A stretch of 52,316 nt of DNA, the filler included, from Squatina squatina (taxonomy: Eukaryota): the NCBI GenBank assembly GCA_031763465.1. It is 2 parts of 2 records of this genome, joined end to end, with 100 filler letters (N's around TTAATTAATTAA, not from the genome) between each part and the next. Parts side by side here need not be neighbours in the genome. Positions count along the whole stretch, not along the records: positions 31,365 to 52,316 come from JARFOE010000203.1; 1 more part is not named here. One strand, given 5' to 3'. The translations under genes and the position numbers were made by a program. Under the pieces are notes generated by a model. That model was not told the DNA's origin and ran no database searches. It saw only the letters and a program-made list of their open reading frames with translations. Position 1 is the stretch's first letter. The number at the start of each line of letters is the position of its first letter. Shown piece after piece: positions 47,196 through 52,316 of this stretch.

Positions 47196-48175
47196 TGTCT
47201 TGTGCTCACCAGCATCACCAGATTCAGAAAACACATCTGTCAGTACTGCACGAAAAAGAAATGGCAACTGTAATCAAAATGTGAGACAAAAATGTAAAAT
47301 ATGCTGCATAAGTCAAAATTACACAGTGTCTGCTGGTGTTGTCCTGTTAAATAAAACCCAGCCAGCACCAGAGCAGCCATCAGCTAATTAGGTGAACATC
47401 TGTTTCTCAGTCTCAACGCCTGAGCCGAGTCTCGTTCCCAAAGCACTGCTGTCAAGATCTGTCACAGCTGTCTGAGGAAGAGATTGAGGAATCAGAGGGA
47501 CTAAAAGCACATATAATCATGTCATGGAACTGGGACCAGAGCATGAAATAAATGCAGCACGCGATGCGTGAAGAGCCTGACACAGTCATCAAAAAGACCA
47601 TACCATGGCAATCAATCACGTGCTCTTACGTTATTGAAATGTATACACGTTGAATCATATGCAGGGTCATGCCTGCCCAGATTCAGGAAATTTGTTCCAA
47701 GAATAATAGGGAAACAAGGAAATATTAATCTGGATCGTGTTATAAATTAGGACAGCCTGCCAGTAACCCAGTGTGAATTTTAATTGGACTTCAGTCTGCC
47801 TCATCAACATAAACCCTTGCATTAACATGATTGCAATGGAAAATCAAACCATTGAGCATGGTGTAAAATGGGTCTCCAATTTGCTACCTCCCTAAACCAA
47901 TTTCACCCCCGTCATGCAGAAATCAATTATCTGCGCCTGGGGAAGGAAAAGCAGATGCCTGTTGCCTATCTTGTGCTGGTAGACTTGTGCTGAATATGGT
48001 GACTATAGAACTACAGATAGTGAGCATGGAGACATTTGTAGGCCAGTTTGCCTTACATTCCTGCTGGGAGAATGTTGTTACGCTGAAATAATTTTTCTGT
48101 TGTTTCCCGCACATTGGAACCTGAAAGTGACAGCAGAAAGCATGTCTTCTTTGTAATCATTACCAGACATAAAAA

Positions 48176-48233
48176 TATAAGATCATAAGAATTAGGAGCA
48201 GGAGTAGGCCATTCGGCCCCTCGAGCCTGCTCC
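48176..48233 (-). mobile_element. Young CR1 3' terminus
   Basis: ataagatcataagaattaggagcaggagtaggccattcggcccctcgagcctgctcc: short-repeat tail plus the conserved 3'UTR motif. Confidence 0.88.
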
Positions 48234-48333
48234 NNNNNNNNNNNNNNNNNNNNNNNNNNNNNNNNNNNNNNNNNNNNNNNNNNNNNNNNNNNNNNNNNNN
48301 NNNNNNNNNNNNNNNNNNNNNNNNNNNNNNNNN

Positions 48334-48648
48334 TAACCTTAACTGTCAAACTAAAGAGTAGTATAAATACTCACCAGACGGTACTCACCAATCAGCTGCC
48401 TCCTCTTGCCCGCGTCACTTTTTGAAATGTGACGTAGCTGTGGAACGCTGATCTCTGTCTGTGAGAGTGGCAAAAACAAAGCAAAACTCGTGCTTTATAC
48501 TCACCGGCTGCTCCCGACTGTACTCACCTCTGACTGGGCCTGTAAACAAACAAAGCCTGCGCTTTTATACTCACCGACAGCTCCCGGCTGTGCTCACCTC
48601 CGACTGGGCCTCTGAAATGGAAAAGCCCGCGCTTTTATACTCACCAGC
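48334..48648 (-). repeat. Probable LINE (CR1) 5' UTR with 70-bp tandem monomers
   Basis: TTTATACTCACC at 48494, 48564 and 48634 (exact 70-bp period). It lies across a gap from a minus-strand CR1 3' end, consistent with one collapsed full-length element. Confidence 0.6.
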
Positions 48649-48679
48649 AGATCTTGGCGAAGGGCCAAGTCCCATTGAG

Positions 48680-49045
48680 ATTGAAAACAGTGGGGTGAGA
48701 AAATTAGGCACATTGGGAAGTACTGATTTGGTGATGCCAAGGTTGTGTTTAAAAATCTTACAGATTGTCGGAGGAAGAGAATACTGAGGGAATTGAGGAG
48801 TTTCATAGCTTTGAGATCTTCGGAAAGAATGGGTTAGGTAGGAGACAGTGTAGTCGGTACTGATGTAGGTAAGGATGTAGTGATGGAAGAAGAGTGTGTA
48901 GAATTCCGTATCTGGAATTTAGGAAGAACAAAAGAGAAAGCTTGAGATCAAGATTAACCACAGTGGTACTGATTAAATAGAGACACAAATCATGGAGGGA
49001 GAGAGAGAGATGTTGGAGGCTAGAGCTAAGATGATTGTCTATCAA
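48680..49045 (-). mobile_element. Possible very old Penelope-like ORF N-terminal relic
   Basis: Reverse frames give HLSSSLQHLSLSL.. and CKIF..KSVLPNVPNFLTP, weakly like the Penelope RSVLSKGLSFIP region. Confidence 0.25.
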
Positions 49046-49385
49046 ATAAAACATGTTTACATTTGTTTGCAAATCTAAATCTCTTTGTATTTGATCACCA
49101 CGGTTTGTAAATATTAATATATTGTGTAGTTGGTAAACCATATATTCCAGCCCATTATTGTTCATAAAGGTTGCAGTAATTAGCTTTTATCTTAAGTATG
49201 CAAGTCAAACAAATGTATTGGAATGTGTAATTTTCCAAGGGTTATTATTTTGGCATGAACCTTGAAACTGCCTCTCCAGCACACTNNNNNNNNNNNNNNN
49301 NNNNNNNNNNNNNNNNNNNNNNNNNNNNNNNNNNNNNNNNNNNNNNNNNNNNNNNNNNNNNNNNNNNNNNNNNNNNNNNNNNNNN

Positions 49386-49452
49386 GAATAGCGGTGCAGG
49401 CTCGAAGGGCCGAATGGCCTTCTCCTGCACCTATTTTCTATGTTTCTATGTA
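49386..49452 (+). mobile_element. Young CR1 3' terminus
   Basis: gcaggctcgaagggccgaatggccttctcctgcacctattttctatgtttctatgt. Confidence 0.88.
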
Positions 49453-52316
49453 ACTGACGCCTGGTCTCAGAGGAAGTAGTTTCTGTTGGGCCTCTCTGGA
49501 GGTGGGCTGAGCAGATTTTCCAGGAAAAGCCCACATATTTCCCATTGGAATATCTGCCCACCGTCCCACTTTCCAGAATTTAAAAGATCAGTGCAAATGA
49601 GGCACAATCGCAGCATCACCAGGTTCCACCCCTTGTTGGCCTCACCATGCCCGGAGCAGGAACTAGACTTTGTGTAGTCTCCTGCCCAGAGCATTCGGGC
49701 CTATTGTTTCCAAGAGCCTTTCGCAGCATCTGAAATGCTGGAGTAAGACACAAATTCAATGAATTGGTAAGGTATTGGTTTCCTATCCTGAATATTGTAA
49801 CAGAATTAAAGGCAAGGAACTTTGTGGCATTAGTTTTTCAGTCTGTACAGTTCCAGGTCCTTTAAATTTAAACGGGAGCCAACAGATTCATTTGATGGGC
49901 ATGTGACAAACACGGGCTGAAAGCAAAGCGGGTTATTGTTTCCTTTACAAATTGAAGGAACACGAGGCCAAAAGGATTATCGAACTTTTAGGACTCAGCT
50001 TTTAAAGACATATTTTATTGGAATGGGTGTCATCTAAATTTAACCAGAACTTGAAAGCAGTCAGTTCTGGCCTTGCTGTAAACTTGTTAGACACAAGTTC
50101 AATTCAGTGCCCCATGCAAACAGAAATCGACAGTCGAAAGGTGAAATCGAATAGGAAGAGTCCCTGGTGCTTGTGCTGTAGCAGTGCCACTTGTGAATGA
50201 GTTTCAGCGACCTGTCTTAGGGACCTGTTCTCAGTTATTTGCTTGTGTTTTGCTTGGTTCAGACTGAGCAGAACCTCTGCGGTGAACTTTAACAGCTTCA
50301 CTTTCATGCAATTCGACCTTTACTTCAATAGTTTGAAATTGCACTCTAGGAGGGCTAACAAAAGGGATGCTCTCTCTTTAATGGGAGAAATATGTGAGTA
50401 CACGCTGACAGACTTGGACTCAACAGTCGCATAAGCATAATTTCAGCTCTCCATGGTACTGAATCTTTCCTGCTGTTTTTGTCAGTATTTTACAGTANNN
50501 NNNNNNNNNNNNNNNNNNNNNNNNNNNNNNNNNNNNNNNNNNNNNNNNNNNNNNNNNNNNNNNNNNNNNNNNNNNNNNNNNNNNNNNNNNNNNNNNNTAA
50601 TGAAGATTTCTGATTTTCGGAAGCATTTGGAAGACATGAAAGTGTTGTGAGTAATGATGAGTTTAGATATCGAACCGCATTATTAGCTTAGCACAGAGCA
50701 CAAGAGACAAATGTTTGAGTTTCGATAATGACGTTCATTTAGATAATAGGACTCAGATCATTGGAAATCTATTTAACTAATGAATTTCAAAGGTCAGATT
50801 TCTCTGATGGTATAGTGAGGACATATTACAGAAATATTGGAATTAAAGTAAATTGTATGTCGTTCGAGGTCCAACATTATTTTTTGATTAAGATTAATTT
50901 CTGTTTAAAAATGCTGCAGTAATGAGAGAAATGAAGATATGATTTTGTAATCAAATACTGCATCTCAAAGTACTTATTTGGTTGGGATAGAATGACCATC
51001 AAAACCTTTTACGAGGTTCCCATATCGTCATTTGGAGTAGACAAAAGAACACAAAGGGTTAAGACGTATTTCTCATTAAATGCTTCATGACAGCTGCTTT
51101 CTTCAGAATGTCTGTTGAGTTATGATTGGTGTACACCAGGATGCAGCGACTGGCCTTGATCTGCACCAGATAATCCATTGTCTCAGCCTTCAATTCCCCT
51201 ACGAAAATTCTCAGCAAATGGCCGTGTAACCCAACATCTACAACCTCCCCTCAGCCCATCTGCCACTGTCCCTCAGTACATGTCCCTCAAGCCAGAGACA
51301 ATTTGGCTCAACTAGGACTGCATTTCTAGGTAAATCATGACAGATGCTGCCAGAAGAGATTTTTTTCTCCTTTGTATGTGTGTCAGTATGATTCATATGG
51401 CAACTACTCAGAATTGATCCAGGCCAGTGATGTCTGGCATTTGCNNNNNNNNNNNNNNNNNNNNNNNNNNNNNNNNNNNNNNNNNNNNNNNNNNNNNNNN
51501 NNNNNNNNNNNNNNNNNNNNNNNNNNNNNNNNNNNNNNNNNNNNACAAAAATGCATGCATTTGATTTTTTACATTTTCCAATGTAGAAATTTTATATGCA
51601 GCCATATTTTACATGTTTTATCCCTAATGGATATTCTGTAGTGCTGTAATCAGTATTTGTCACATTTCCTGCAGCTACTGACAGTTATAAATGATTGCTG
51701 GGGACACCGGAGTGCAAATGCTACACTTGTCACTTGTGGATGTCACACAACAAAAGCCTGGCTGCTGAATGCATGCAACGTTCTGTTGCATTAGGACTTA
51801 ATTTGTCTATGGTTTTTCGTGTGACATCAATATCAACCGTATCAGTTTGAATTGTAGAATGGATCTGTCAAGAACCGTTATAGATAGCTTGATGCCTGGG
51901 CCCAGTATGAGCGTGTCAAGTCTTAAAATGATTTATCGCTGCGCCAGTAATAGGGTATTTAAAACAGGAAACTAACAAAGGAGTTTGTTAGCAACAGCCA
52001 CTGGGGAAACAAAATGAAGCATTTTGCAGTTAGATTATTTTGGACTCGCTAACAATGTTTCCTGCTGCGTGCAACACCCCAGGAATGTGAATGCAGCTTT
52101 CTAAAACCTGCAAGGCTCTACTCATTTCAATAGGAAGCAGACCCTTGGTTGTAATAATATACTTTATTTTTCATTATGGATTTTACCACCAATATAGAAG
52201 GCTGGTCTTATGGGATCATAGTAAATGTCATAATTACAAATGACTGTAAGCGTACGCTACTGAATCTAACCTCACTATAACATTGCTAATGAAAATGGGC
52301 AGAACTAGGAACCATC

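Noticed and set aside
46683-47273. 196-aa plus-strand ORF
   Set aside because: Chimera of SINE repeats, an N gap and the antisense strand of a CR1 RT fragment.

Overview
Vertebrate genomic DNA, most likely from a cartilaginous fish (shark-like repeat set: tRNA-headed Deu/L2-tailed SINEs, CR1 LINEs, Penelope-type ends, GC-rich PIF/Harbinger-type MITEs). It is a fragmented short-read assembly of roughly 1-2 kb contigs joined mostly by 100-N placeholder gaps. An artificial six-frame-stop linker (N44-TTAATTAATTAA-N44, 31265-31364) splits the window into two blocks that need not be neighbours in the genome. Block 1 (1-31264) has no identifiable gene; it holds TE relics, CNE-like stretches, a CTCF motif and a few splice-site-flanked candidates. 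Block 2 (31365-52316) begins with the only host gene I recognise, the terminal exon of QKI isoform QKI-5 (...AATGN*) and its long 3'UTR, followed by repeat-rich intergenic DNA. None of the supplied ORFs looks like an intact gene; the meaningful ones are decayed RT fragments. Best leads: a minimal hammerhead ribozyme in a Penelope-type end, a layered regulatory block at the QKI stop codon (QRE, tandem DR1 nuclear-receptor sites, miR-214 8mer), splice-site-packed tandem monomers in two LINE-like 5' regions, a perfect pre-miRNA-sized hairpin in a MITE and a recursive-splice-site motif. I found no convincing new multi-gene system. All family assignments come from recalled consensus motifs, not database searches.
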